Below, piece after piece: positions 1 through 10,023 of a DNA stretch of 64,000 bases. The DNA is from an uncultured Planctomycetota bacterium. Lineage in GTDB: Bacteria > Planctomycetota > Planctomycetia > Pirellulales > PNKZ01. The first letter of the stretch is position 1. The number at the start of each line of letters is the position of its first letter. The position numbers and the translations under genes were made by a program. The notes below the pieces were generated by a model. It saw only the letters and a list, made by a program, of their open reading frames with translations. It was not told where the DNA came from and made no database searches. The stretch covers positions 3,595,477 through 3,659,476 of the forward strand of contig CAVPTO010000003.1 in NCBI GenBank assembly GCA_963708675.1. The letters are read 5' to 3'.

Positions 1-3000
1 TTCGGAGGCAGCGGCAATCTGACGGTTACCGGCGGTGGCATCATCACGAACTCGGGAATGGCCTTCATCGGCTTTAGCGCAGGCGCAACGGGTTCAGTGG
101 CCATCGTGGGAACGAGCGCCGCCGGCGCCGCCTCGCAGTGGAATTTCATGTCGGCTTCGAATCTTTACGTCGGTTCACGAGGCAGCGGCACACTGGCGGT
201 TCTTGGTGGCGGCTCGGTGACACTGAATCCCTCCGCGTCGCTCGACGTCGGTGATTTCGCGGGATCAACGGGGACACTCACCGTTTCGGGCACTAGCAGT
301 GCCGGTGTGCCGTCCCAGGTGTCAGCGCCATTGGTAAACGTCGGGAATTCGCTCGGCGGCACGGGCTTCGTATGGATCAACAATGGCGCAACGCTCAGCG
401 TATCCGACACGCTAAGGGTCTATAGCTCTGGCACTCTCACGCTCGACACCGCCGGCGCGATCACCGCGCAATCGCTCGACACTTCGACCGGGTCGTTCAA
501 CTTCAACGATGGTACGCTGACCGTCAGCGGCGGCACGTTCACGTCGTCGCCAACGCTCACCATCAACGGCAGCACGGCGGCAGCGTCGCCGCTGCTGGTG
601 CTCAGCAATGGCGCCACCACGAGCGGGCTCACCACCGTCGTCGCCGGAAGCACGCGAACCGGGTCGCTGGCGATTCTCAGCGGCAGTGCGATGTCGATCA
701 GCTCCGCGACCTTCGGTGGAACGTCGTCGGGCAAGGGGACCGGCACCGTCAGTGGCGCGGGCTCGACCATGACGCTGAATGATCTCCGAGTCGGCGGCTC
801 AGGCACGGGCTCGATGGTGATTAGCAGCGGCGGCGTGGTGACGACGACATTCGGTTACATCGGATACGCGGCCGGCGCGCTCGGCTCGGTAACCGTCACC
901 GGCACCGGCTCGCAACTGAATATGTTGTCTGCCGGCGGGCCCGCAGCGGTGGGCTACAGCGGCACCGGAAGTTTGACCATCAGCAACGGCGGAGCGGTCT
1001 CGGCCGCCAAGCTCGACATCGGTTATCAGCCCACCAGCATCGGAACGGCCACCGTCAGTGGAACCGGGTCGAGTCTCAATGCCCCGATCCTCGAGTTGGG
1101 AGAGTTTGGCAACGGATCACTCCTCGTCAACGGTGCCGGCAGTGTGACGTCCACGACGCTGAGAATCGGAGATCACACCGGAACCGTCACCGTCAGCGAT
1201 GCCGGAAGCACCATCACCGCGACGACGCTCTACGTCGGCTACACCGGCACCGGGAGCATGACGATCACCAATGGCGCGACCTTTCGAACGGTCAATAGTT
1301 TCCTGGCTTCGTACTCCTTGAGTGGGAATGCGGCCGTTACGTTGAGCGGCGCAGGCTCGACGTGGATGAACTCGGCCAGCGTCTTCGTGGGAGGTTCAAA
1401 CACGGCCAGCGGCAGTGTCGCGTCATTGTCGGTTGCCAACAGCGCCTCGCTGAGCGTCAGCGGCACGCTAAAACTTTGGAATCAAGGCACGCTCACGCTC
1501 GACACGGGCGCAGCGATCACGGCCAAATCGTTCGACGCCTCGACCGGCAGCTTCCATTTCAACGACGGCGTCTTCACCGTCAGCGGCGGCACCTACACGC
1601 AGGCCACCGGCGCGTTGAACATCAGCGGCAGCACCGCCTCGGCCTCGCCGCTGTTCGTGTTGGCCAATGGCGCGCTGACCAGCGGCATCGCAGGCGTGAA
1701 CATTGGCAACCAGGCGGGACGTCAAGGAAGCATCTCCGTGCTGAGCGGCGCCCAACTCGTCAATGCCGGAACGGCTTCCTTGGGCGCCGTCGCCAGTTCA
1801 AGCGGCACGCTGCTCGTCAGCGGCGTCGGCTCGACGCTTTCGACTTCCGATCATCTGAACGTCGGCGATTACGGCACGGGGTCGATGACCATCGCTGCCG
1901 GTGGCGTCGTCAATAACACCGGCATCTTCACCAACGGCAACCTCGGCAACAACACGGGGTCGTTCGGCGTTGGCACGGTGAGCGGCAACAACTCGGCATG
2001 GAACATCGACGGCGAACTGCGCGTCGGTTACTACGGCACAGGAGCACTGACCGTCTCTGGCGGCGCGGCTGTGTCGATGGGTGGCCAACTATTTGTCGCT
2101 CAATACGGACTATCGAGCGGCAACCTGCAAATCCTCGCGGGCGGCACGGTCTTCAGCACGAACGATGTCTCGGTGGCTTCCGGCGACGTCACGACGAGCG
2201 GTTCGATCACCGTCGATGGCGCAGGCTCTACACTGACCAGTAGCGGCAACACTTGGGTCGGCGGTTCGCTCTTCAATGCCGGCGGCACCGCAACAATGAA
2301 CATCTCCGGCGGCGGCCAGGTGTTTAGCTCCAACGCTGCGGTAGGCAACAACGGCGTCTCCGTCGGCAACGTCACCGTCAGCGGGTCAGGCTCGCTGTGG
2401 ACAATCACGAACAGCTTCGGCGGGCTCATCGTCGGCGGCGGCGGAACCGGAACCGGCGGCACGGGAGCCATGACCATCTCCTCCGGCGGCGCCGTCGTTG
2501 ATGCCACCGGTCAAATCGGCGGCAACACTTCTTCGAACGGGCTCGTCACCGTCGGCTCGGCCGGCTTGTGGACCAACACCAACCTGCTCACGATCGGCGG
2601 CAACGGCAGCAGCAATCAGGGCGGACACGGCGCTCTCAACGTCATTGCAGGCGGCATCGTCTACAGCGCGGCGACACAGATCGGAGCCACGTCTTTTTCT
2701 AGCGGCATCGCGACCGTCTCCGGCGCCGCAGCCGTGTGGAACAACACCGGCTCACTCTACATCGGTGGGACAACAGGCAATGCCGGCGGCACCGGGTCGC
2801 TCACCGTCTCGAACAACGGCACGCTCAACGTTGGCGGCACCATCAAGCTCTGGAGTCCAGGAACGCTCACGCTCGATTCCGGCGGGTCGATCACCACTAC
2901 GAATTTCGATCGCTCGACCGGTTCGTTCAGCTTCGCCGGCGGCACGCTGACCGTCAGCGGTGGCGCGTACACGCAAGCCGGTAGCGCGCTAACGCTCAAC

Positions 3001-4701
3001 GCCGCGAACAATCCAACCTTCGTACTCGCCGGCGGCGCAACCAACGGCCTCTCCACGGTGACCGTCGGCAGCAACCTGTCCGGCAGCCTCGAAATCCTGG
3101 CCGGAACCACACTCACCGCCAGCGGCACCATCGCCGCCGCGGCCGGTTCTCAAGGCGTCGCGACCGTCAGCGGCGTTGGCGCTTTTTGGGACAACAGCAG
3201 CGGCGGAACCTTCATCGTCGGCAACTCAGGCACCGGCAGCTTGCAGATACTCAACGGCGGCGTGGTCGTCAGTCCGCATGCGGAGATCGCTGAGCACGGC
3301 AGTGGCGCGGTCACCGTCAGCGGAACGAGTTCGTCATGGACCGCCAGCAATCTCCGCTTGTTCATCGGCGATTTCGGTGGCAGCACCGGCGCCTTGAACA
3401 TCCTGGCTGGCGGCACGCTCAACTCACAGGGCGCGCTCATCGGCTCGTTCAACGGCGCCAACGGCGCAGTCACCGTTAGTGGCACGAACTCTACCTGGAA
3501 CGCTAACAATGGGTTCTCCATCACCGTCGCTCAATCCGGCACCGGCTCTCTTTCGATCCTGGCCGGTGGAAAGGTGGTCGGCCTCGGCATGACGATCGGC
3601 GCTAGCTCAACAGGTGTCGGCACGGCGACGGTCAGCGGTTCCGGGTCGACTTGGAATCTCGGCACAGCCAGCAGCTTCATCGGCGACGGCGGCATCGGCT
3701 CGCTCACGATTCAAAACAGCGGATTCGTGAACACCAGCGCGAGTGCCGCGCTCAACGTTGGCCGAACGGGCACCGGCATGTTGAGCGTCCTGTCGGGCGG
3801 CACGTTGGTCACCACCGTCACCAATCTCGCGTCCACGAATGGTTCAGCCACGGTCACCGTCAGCGGCACAAGTTCGACATGGACCAACAGCGGCAACCTC
3901 TACATCGGCGGTTCCAGTAGCGGCGCCGGAGGCACGGCAACGTTGACCGTCGCATTGGGCGGCACTGTTTACGTCGGCGGAACGGCGGAAGTCTACAGCG
4001 GATCGACCTTGAACGTCGCCCCCGGCGGAACCTTCACTGCCGCCAGCCTGCTCGCCCCCGGCGAGCTGACGAACAACGGCAACCTCTACACCAACGTCAC
4101 CGTTCCCACCGGCGGCACGCTCGCCGGCAGCGGCACGATCCACGGCGCGGTGACGTTCCAAAACGGCAGCATCATCGCGCCAGGCAACAGCCCTGGATTG
4201 CAAAGTTACAACGGTGATGTGACGTGGAACTCGCTGACCTATCAGATGCAAGTCGCCGACGCCACCGGCGCTCGCGGCACGGGATACGATTCCGTCGCCG
4301 TTCATGCCGAAGGCACCTACCTTGGCAAACTCAATATCGTGTCGGGATCAAACATTGAAGTCGATGTTTCGTCATATCCCTCTGGTTCGTCCGCCGCGCA
4401 TTTCAACAACGCATCACCGTTCGACTTTGTTCTCGTGAGCACCGATGGCGGCATCACCGGATTCGACCCATCGATGTTCACCATCAACGCCTCATCCTTC
4501 GCAGCCGACAACCCACTTAACGGCGGTCTGTTCTCCGTCATGGAATCGGCCGACAGCGACTCGATCATTCTGCACTTCAATCCCGCCGCCGTCCCCGAGC
4601 CAGGCACGCTTCTGCTGGCAGTGGTCTCCGCCTCGGGCCTCGTCTGGCGTTCGCGGCGTCAACGCCGCCGGCGCGACGCGACTCTACCTGCCAGCGGTTG
4701 A
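1..4701 (+). CDS. Giant G/S/T-rich beta-strand repeat (T5SS/PEP-CTERM-associated repeat) surface protein with C-terminal PEP-CTERM sorting signal; 5' truncated by window edge
   Basis: Frame is open from base 1 (FGGSGNLTVTGGG...). Many GxGxLxIxxGG / VTVSGxGSxW repeats. C-terminus is AAVPEPGTLLLAVVSASGLVWRSRRQRRRR (VPEP, TM helix, basic tail). Confidence 0.9.
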   Translation, partial: FGGSGNLTVTGGGIITNSGMAFIGFSAGATGSVAIVGTSAAGAASQWNFMSASNLYVGSRGSGTLAVLGGGSVTLNPSASLDVGDFAGSTGTLTVSGTSSAGVPSQVSAPLVNVGNSLGGTGFVWINNGATLSVSDTLRVYSSGTLTLDTAGAITAQSLDTSTGSFNFNDGTLTVSGGTFTSSPTLTINGSTAAASPLLVLSNGATTSGLTTVVAGSTRTGSLAILSGSAMSISSATFGGTSSGKGTGTVSGAGSTMTLNDLRVGGSGTGSMVISSGGVVTTTFGYIGYAAGALGSVTVTGTGSQLNMLSAGGPAAVGYSGTGSLTISNGGAVSAAKLDIGYQPTSIGTATVSGTGSSLNAPILELGEFGNGSLLVNGAGSVTSTTLRIGDHTGTVTVSDAGSTITATTLYVGYTGTGSMTITNGATFRTVNSFLASYSLSGNAAVTLSGAGSTWMNSASVFVGGSNTASGSVASLSVANSASLSVSGTLKLWNQGTLTLDTGAAITAKSFDASTGSFHFNDGVFTVSGGTYTQATGALNISGSTASASPLFVLANGALTSGIAGVNIGNQAGRQGSISVLSGAQLVNAGTASLGAVASSSGTLLVSGVGSTLSTSDHLNVGDYGTGSMTIAAGGVVNNTGIFTNGNLGNNTGSFGVGTVSGNNSAWNIDGELRVGYYGTGALTVSGGAAVSMGGQLFVAQYGLSSGNLQILAGGTVFSTNDVSVASGDVTTSGSITVDGAGSTLTSSGNTWVGGSLFNAGGTATMNISGGGQVFSSNAAVGNNGVSVGNVTVSGSGSLWTITNSFGGLIVGGGGTGTGGTGAMTISSGGAVVDATGQIGGNTSSNGLVTVGSAGLWTNTNLLTIGGNGSSNQGGHGALNVIAGGIVYSAATQIGATSFSSGIATVSGAAAVWNNTGSLYIGGTTGNAGGTGSLTVSNNGTLNVGGTIKLWSPGTLTLDSGGSITTTNFDRSTGSFSFAGGTLTVSGGAYTQAGSALTLNAANNPTFVLAGGATNGLSTVTVGSNLSGSLEILAGTTLTASGTIAAAAGSQGVATVSGVGAFWDNSSGGTFIVGNSGTGSLQILNGGVVVSPHAEIAEHGSGAVTVSGTSSSWTASNLRLFIGDFGGSTGALNILAGGTLNSQGALIGSFNGANGAVTVSGTNSTWNANNGFSITVAQSGTGSLSILAGGKVVGLGMTIGASSTGVGTATVSGSGSTWNLGTASSFIGDGGIGSLTIQNSGFVNTSASAALNVGRTGTGMLSVLSGGTLVTTVTNLASTNGSATVTVSGTSSTWTNSGNLYIGGSSSGAGGTATLTVALGGTVYVGGTAEVYSGSTLNVAPGGTFTAASLLAPGELTNNGNLYTNVTVPTGGTLAGSGTIHGAVTFQNGSIIAPGNSPGLQSYNGDVTWNSLTYQMQVADATGARGTGYDSVAVHAEGTYLGKLNIVSGSNIEVDVSSYPSGSSAAHFNNASPFDFVLVSTDGGITGFDPSMFTINASSFAADNPLNGGLFSVMESADSDSIILHFNPAAVPEPGTLLLAVVSASGLVWRSRRQRRRRDATLPASG

Positions 4702-4754
4702 ACGGTGTCGAGTCGAAATGCGTCGCAACCGTGGCCCCGCGAGCGGCGAGAGGT

Positions 4755-5063
4755 CTACTTCGCTGCCGGCTTTCCGCCACCGATCAGAACGCCGAGTGGG
4801 CTCAATGGCCCGATGGGGATCAGATCGAACGTCAGCAAGTTTGCTTGTCCGAGCGGCAATGCCTTCAGCAATGAGTCCGCTTCTTCGATGCTGGTGCTCA
4901 TCAGAAAGACCACTCCCTTTCCATCTTCGCGGAGCCAGAACTGTTCCATCTTGCCGTCCAGATACAGTTGGAGCGTGGCAGGCACTTCTGTGGGCAAGAA
5001 ACTTTGCAACTGCTCGGGTGATTGCGTTTTGAGCGTACCGATGGCCATCACTTTGGAGGGCAT
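4755..5063 (-). CDS. Small muconolactone-isomerase-like (dimeric alpha/beta barrel) protein
   Basis: ORF track 4755..5078, with a likely start at MPSKV. The pattern LQLYLDGKMEQFW...GVVFLM..SIEEADSLLKALPL resembles this family. Confidence 0.55.
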   Translation of the reverse strand: MPSKVMAIGTLKTQSPEQLQSFLPTEVPATLQLYLDGKMEQFWLREDGKGVVFLMSTSIEEADSLLKALPLGQANLLTFDLIPIGPLSPLGVLIGGGKPAAK

Positions 5064-5431
5064 GAACATTATTCCCAAGTTGAGAACGGATGGGTTGAAC
5101 CAGTACGGGATGCGGCGTCATTCTCGCCAATGGCAACGGCAATAGAAGACAACGAAAAGCGAAGTCAAGGGGCCGTTCGAGGGAAGGTACTCCGCAACTG
5201 AGCTGCTACGTAGCTTCGCTAAAGAACGCACCTCTCCAATGTGAAGGGTAAAGTCCGGGTTGTCAGCTTCGGCAGCGTCCATAGAGCGCCCGTATGCAGG
5301 CACTAGAATAGATCGCAAAGCGTTTCGGCTTGGCCTCACGAACGATTCGGGGGTCGCGTTCTATCACGACGTGCTGGTCGAGACCGTCATGACGCGGCGG
5401 CGCACGATACTCCGGCCCTCCGAGTCGCTGC

Positions 5432-6973
5432 ATGACCATCGCGAGTTTTCTGTCCGCGCACAAGCGTAAGATGATTCTTACGTTCGCCGTTGGGGCGGCG
5501 CTGACGTTCGTGTCGTACGCCTTGACGGCGCGTGTTTATCGCTCGGAGGCAAAGATCTTCGTGCGTCGAGGGCGCGAAAGCGTCGCGCTCGATCCGACCG
5601 CCACGACCGGAGCCTTTGTCGCTCACGGCGACCCTGCCGAGCGCGAAGTCTATGCCGTGCAAGAGATCCTTACGAGCCGCGGACTCGCTGAGAAGGTGGT
5701 CGAGCTTTTCGGCGAGGATGGGATTCTCGAAGGCGATTCTGCCGATGCCTTCGCGCCGTCGCCGCCACGTTTTGCCTGGTTGAGTTCCATCAAAAAGCTG
5801 AATCCGCTGAGTGTCGGCAGCTTACGCGACAAGGCAGTTCAAACCGTCCTCGGGAGTTTGAGCGTTGCTTCAAGAACCAAGACCACCGTGCTCGCCGTCC
5901 ACTATGAATGTGGCAATCCGCGATTCGCGCAGCGCGTTCTCGAAGCGGTGGTCAGGGTGGCAAGCGACGAGCATGTGCGCATTCACCGCACCGGTGGGTC
6001 GCAAGAGTTTTTCGTCGGCCAATCGAAGAAGCTCGAAGCGACGCTCGACCAGTTGGAAGAGCGGCTACGCAATCTGAAGAACACGTCGGGCGTCGTCTCG
6101 CTGCCGACGCAGCGGACGCTCGAACTGCAACGTCTCGGATCGCTTCAGGAAAGTCTTATTCGCGATCGTGCCGAGCGCGATGCCGTCGAAGCGGAACTAC
6201 GGCTTCGCCGAGCACATGTCGAGGCGGCGCCGGCGATGAGTGTTACCGAGCAGACAACCGGGCAATCGCAGTCGGCCGAACAACTCGTGCGTCAGCGACT
6301 GTACGACTTGGAGATCATCGAACAGGAACAGGCGGCAAAGCTCACCGACAAACATCCGCATCGCCAGATGATTCGCGATCAGTTGGCCGAGGCGCGTCGA
6401 ATTTCGCTCGACGTGAAGGCTCCGGTTCAGGTGAGAACGGGCCTCAACCCCGCGCATCAGGCGGCGCACATGGCAGTGCAGGGTCGCGAAGCGAATCTAG
6501 CCGCCTTGACGGCGCGCATCCGATCGATCGACGACGACATCGCGAAAGCACGGGAAGAGCTCACGTCGCTGAACGACTACGAATTGACGATCAATCGACT
6601 TGAGCGCGAGATCGACCTCGTTCGCGCGAACTATCGTCGCTATGCCGAGAACCTCGAGCAAGCGCGAATCAATCAGGAACTCGAAGAGGCGAAGATCTCG
6701 AGTTTGAATTTGATGCAAGCGCCGACGTTCAGCGAGACGCCCGTTCGGCCCAAGGCTGCGTTCATTCTGCCTCTCGGACTCGCTTGCTCGCTGCTCGCGA
6801 GTGTCGGCATCGCGATTCTGTTCGATCAACGGCATTCACCGCTGCCCGACGTCGACGACTCGTTCGAGGCTTTCGCGACGAGCGACGAATGTCCGGTGCT
6901 TAGGGCGCGTAACGGTAGGCATCGCAACGGCGACGCGGCACTTAGGGACGCGGCGCTCAGCGACCACGAGTAG
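5432..6973 (+). CDS. GumC/Wzz/Wzc-like polysaccharide chain-length determinant (no kinase domain)
   Basis: N-terminal TM followed by YRSEAKIFV, a long coiled-coil region, the motif LTDKHP, and QAPTFSETPVRPK before a C-terminal TM. Confidence 0.85.
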   Translation: MTIASFLSAHKRKMILTFAVGAALTFVSYALTARVYRSEAKIFVRRGRESVALDPTATTGAFVAHGDPAEREVYAVQEILTSRGLAEKVVELFGEDGILEGDSADAFAPSPPRFAWLSSIKKLNPLSVGSLRDKAVQTVLGSLSVASRTKTTVLAVHYECGNPRFAQRVLEAVVRVASDEHVRIHRTGGSQEFFVGQSKKLEATLDQLEERLRNLKNTSGVVSLPTQRTLELQRLGSLQESLIRDRAERDAVEAELRLRRAHVEAAPAMSVTEQTTGQSQSAEQLVRQRLYDLEIIEQEQAAKLTDKHPHRQMIRDQLAEARRISLDVKAPVQVRTGLNPAHQAAHMAVQGREANLAALTARIRSIDDDIAKAREELTSLNDYELTINRLEREIDLVRANYRRYAENLEQARINQELEEAKISSLNLMQAPTFSETPVRPKAAFILPLGLACSLLASVGIAILFDQRHSPLPDVDDSFEAFATSDECPVLRARNGRHRNGDAALRDAALSDHE

Positions 6974-7172
6974 CGACCATTTGCTGAGTCAGCGGGCTGT
7001 CTGCGGCGGCATCTATCAGCCGGTCCGAAGGTGCGTGATCTACCGATTTTGCTGATAGTGCTGATTATCCGCCCGCGCAAAAGCCGAGGTTGATTCAGTG
7101 CCTCGATCGACGGGAGCCCGCACTCCCTCGGTCGGGGCACCTTTCGGCAAAACTCAGCGATAGGGGCCCAGC

Positions 7173-8693
7173 ATGATTTGCAAGCATCGCCTTTTGCTAG
7201 CGGCTGCGCTGCTGGCGGCTGGGCTGTTAACGGCGACGTCGAGCACGACTCTCCACGCTCAGCTCCCGGCGTTTTATCCCACACCTGGCGCGATGCCCGT
7301 GCCAGCGCCTGGCGCTACGGGGTTCGCTGTTCCAACAACGTTGCAGCAGTTGCCTCAAGCGAGCGTCGTGACTTCGCAGGTCAGTGCGCCGCAACTCGGC
7401 GCGATGCCGCAAACGCCGCCTACAAACTTTTGGCTATCGCAACCCACGCCCCAGCAGCTCGCCACGACGCAGCCAATCGTGCAACCCGTCTTTCAGACGA
7501 GTTCCGAGATTCCGCGACCGGTCACGCAAGCCAGCGCCGTGTTCCCGCAGCCCGACGCGGTCTCGCAGCCCTCGGGCGCCGCCTTTCCATCGCAAGATGA
7601 TCCACTCGCCGAGCGCACGATTTATCAGCCAACGTACATGCCCGTGACGATCGCCGTCCCGAATCTGCCGTCGGCGTGGCAGTTCCATGCGGGGCTGCTG
7701 TATCTGCGTCCGAATGCTGACAACCTCGGCTGGGGCATCCTCACGACAGAGCAGAACTACCAGGTCGCGGTGCCGTTGGCGTCGCCTCACTGGGAAGTCG
7801 AGACGCTCAGGCCCAGCTATCAACCTGGCTTCGAGATCGGCACCGGCTACACGTTCGCCAACTCAGGGCGTGACTTTCAATTGAACTGGCAGCATCTGCG
7901 CACGTCGGACGTGCAGTATCAAGCCGTGCAGGGGCCCGGGCAATGGATCTCGCCGTTCAGTCAAACCGGCCCACCGACGGCGGACAACTTTGCCGAGCTG
8001 GATTCGCTGACGGGCGTGAAGGATCTTCTGTCGGCCAACGCGGTCGTGAACTTCCACTACGACTCGGTGACCGCCGACTTCGGGCAGTTCATCGATGTCG
8101 CGGCACGTTTGCGTTTGCGATTGTTCTCGGGCTTGAACTACGCAAACCTTTACGAACGCCTCGTGTCGTCGTTCTTCGGCAATCCGCCCACGGCAGGCCA
8201 GCCTTTCCCCTTCTCGGTGCCGATGTACATCTCGCTCAACAACACGTCGACATTCTGGGGACTCGGTCCTCGCGTGGGACTCGACTCGACCTACCAGACG
8301 CGTCGTGGGCTGACGCTCAACGGCCAGATGGCATGCGCGGGGCTGATCGGTCAAACGCAACCCGGTCAGTATCAATTCACGGCAACGGCGCCGGCACTTC
8401 AAAACTTGGGCACCAACTACGAATACGTTGCGAGCCAGCCGTACACGCACGTCGTCTTCACGGCAAACGCGAAGCTGGGTGTCGGCTATTCGCGCACGCT
8501 GTCCAACGGCATCACCCTCTCGACCGACGGCGGCTACATGGCCGTGTTCTACTCCAATCCGTTCTCGACCTACGAGACGAACGAGAACATCATCCCGCTC
8601 GATATCGGCTCGCTGTCGTCAGGCAGCATTCGTCACACGCTCAGCAACTTCACGCTCGACGGGTTCTACTGGAACGTCGGCATGCGGTGGTAA
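7173..8693 (+). CDS. Secreted outer-membrane beta-barrel protein (Lpg1974/MOMP-like) with Q/P-rich N-terminal region
   Basis: Signal peptide, a Pro/Gln-rich linker, amphipathic beta-strands, and a terminal aromatic residue (GFYWNVGMRW). Confidence 0.65.
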   Translation: MICKHRLLLAAALLAAGLLTATSSTTLHAQLPAFYPTPGAMPVPAPGATGFAVPTTLQQLPQASVVTSQVSAPQLGAMPQTPPTNFWLSQPTPQQLATTQPIVQPVFQTSSEIPRPVTQASAVFPQPDAVSQPSGAAFPSQDDPLAERTIYQPTYMPVTIAVPNLPSAWQFHAGLLYLRPNADNLGWGILTTEQNYQVAVPLASPHWEVETLRPSYQPGFEIGTGYTFANSGRDFQLNWQHLRTSDVQYQAVQGPGQWISPFSQTGPPTADNFAELDSLTGVKDLLSANAVVNFHYDSVTADFGQFIDVAARLRLRLFSGLNYANLYERLVSSFFGNPPTAGQPFPFSVPMYISLNNTSTFWGLGPRVGLDSTYQTRRGLTLNGQMACAGLIGQTQPGQYQFTATAPALQNLGTNYEYVASQPYTHVVFTANAKLGVGYSRTLSNGITLSTDGGYMAVFYSNPFSTYETNENIIPLDIGSLSSGSIRHTLSNFTLDGFYWNVGMRW

Positions 8694-8702
8694 CGTTCGA
8701 AT

Positions 8703-8829
8703 CCCTCTCCCAAAGGGAGAGGGTGGTGGCGCAGCCGCCGGGTGAGGGCGGGTTGGAGTAGTGGGCGGTTAGCAATTCAACCCGCCCTCATCCGCCGCTT
8801 CGCGGCACCTTCTCCCGAAGGGAGAAGGG
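8703..8829. repeat. CCCTCTCCC-N3-GGGAGAGGG family REPIN (copy 1), between convergent genes
   Basis: Two inverted hairpin-rich arms. A 44-nt block (caattcaacccgccctcatccgccgcttcgcggcaccttctccc) is identical to the copies at ~22.2 kb and ~27.86 kb. Confidence 0.9.
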
Positions 8830-9966
8830 TTACGTCGTCGCCACACTCACGCGCTTTCCACCCTCCGCCACCGATCGATAAATCGCCTCGACGATGCGAA
8901 TGTCGCGCAGTCCCATCTCGCCGGGGCACGCGAACGGCCGCTGGTCGCGAATCGCTGCGGCGAACGCATCGAGCAAATCGGCCAACTGCAGCGTGTCGTC
9001 AGTCTTGAACACCTTCCCCTTCGGCATGACAAGCTGCTTCGAGTTCGGCTTGCCGTTGCCCGATTGCGCGAAGGCGGTGCCTCCCGCGGGGCTGGCCGTG
9101 ATCGAGAGCATCGCCTGCTCGCAGCAGACATCGCACTGCTGGCCAGGGAACGCGTAACTCGCGCGTCCCTGCGCCACCGCGCCGCTGGGGAACTCGAGCG
9201 TGAAGCTCATCGTCTCTTCGATGTTCGACGGATAAACGTCGCGCGTGCTGGTCGCGACGCCCGAGACGTGCGTCGGCACTTCGCCGGTCGTGTAGCAGGC
9301 CGCCTGAATCGGATAGACGCCGGTGTCGAACAGCGCGCCGCCGCCGGCGAGTTTCTTGTCGAGCAGCCACGGCTTGTTGTCGCCGCGCCGCCACGAGAAC
9401 TCCGCCGTCACCGCCTTCACCGAGCCAAAGGCCTTGTCCTTCGTCAGCTTCATCAACTGCTTGTGATGCGGCTCGAAGTGCAGCCGATAACTCACTCCGA
9501 GGTACACGCCCGCTTGTTTCGCGGCGTCGATCATCGCTTGGCACTCGCTGGCCGAGGTCGCCATCGGCTTCTCGCACATCACATGTTTGCCCGCCTTCGC
9601 GGCGGCGATCGTGTGCTCGGCATGCAGCCCGTTAGGCGTGACGACGTGTACGATGTCGATGTCGCGATTCTCGGCCAAACGATCGAACTGGTCGTAGGTG
9701 TAAATGTTCTTCTCGGGAAAACCATACTGCTGTGCCCACTGGCGGCCCTTGCCATTCGGATCGCCGGTCACAACTGCCGCGAGGTACACGTTCTTCGCGT
9801 GCGGCAACTCCGGCCCGATGCTCACCGTGCTGAAGCCGCCCAGCCCCACGAGCGCGACGCCCAACTTTCCTTCACCACGTTCCTGGCCGAACGTCCGGCC
9901 GAGGCCCATTAACGCAGGAGCGGCGATGGCGGATTGAACGAGAAAGTTGCGGCGATTCGTTGGCAT
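8830..9966 (-). CDS. Gfo/Idh/MocA family oxidoreductase with Tat signal
   Basis: Tat motif RRNFL, Rossmann motif VALVGLGG, CEKPM motif and GGGALFDTGVY. Confidence 0.9.
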   Translation of the reverse strand: MPTNRRNFLVQSAIAAPALMGLGRTFGQERGEGKLGVALVGLGGFSTVSIGPELPHAKNVYLAAVVTGDPNGKGRQWAQQYGFPEKNIYTYDQFDRLAENRDIDIVHVVTPNGLHAEHTIAAAKAGKHVMCEKPMATSASECQAMIDAAKQAGVYLGVSYRLHFEPHHKQLMKLTKDKAFGSVKAVTAEFSWRRGDNKPWLLDKKLAGGGALFDTGVYPIQAACYTTGEVPTHVSGVATSTRDVYPSNIEETMSFTLEFPSGAVAQGRASYAFPGQQCDVCCEQAMLSITASPAGGTAFAQSGNGKPNSKQLVMPKGKVFKTDDTLQLADLLDAFAAAIRDQRPFACPGEMGLRDIRIVEAIYRSVAEGGKRVSVATT

Positions 9967-10023
9967 GGTTCTCACACAGGGGTTACCGACGGAGTCGGAG
10001 CACTTGATGGACGCGCGACCTTT

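Noticed and set aside
7060-7170. GCAAAAGCC / GGCAAAA motifs resembling a c-di-GMP-I riboswitch
   Set aside because: The GGCAAACC...GACGCAAAGCC order and P1 pairing are absent.
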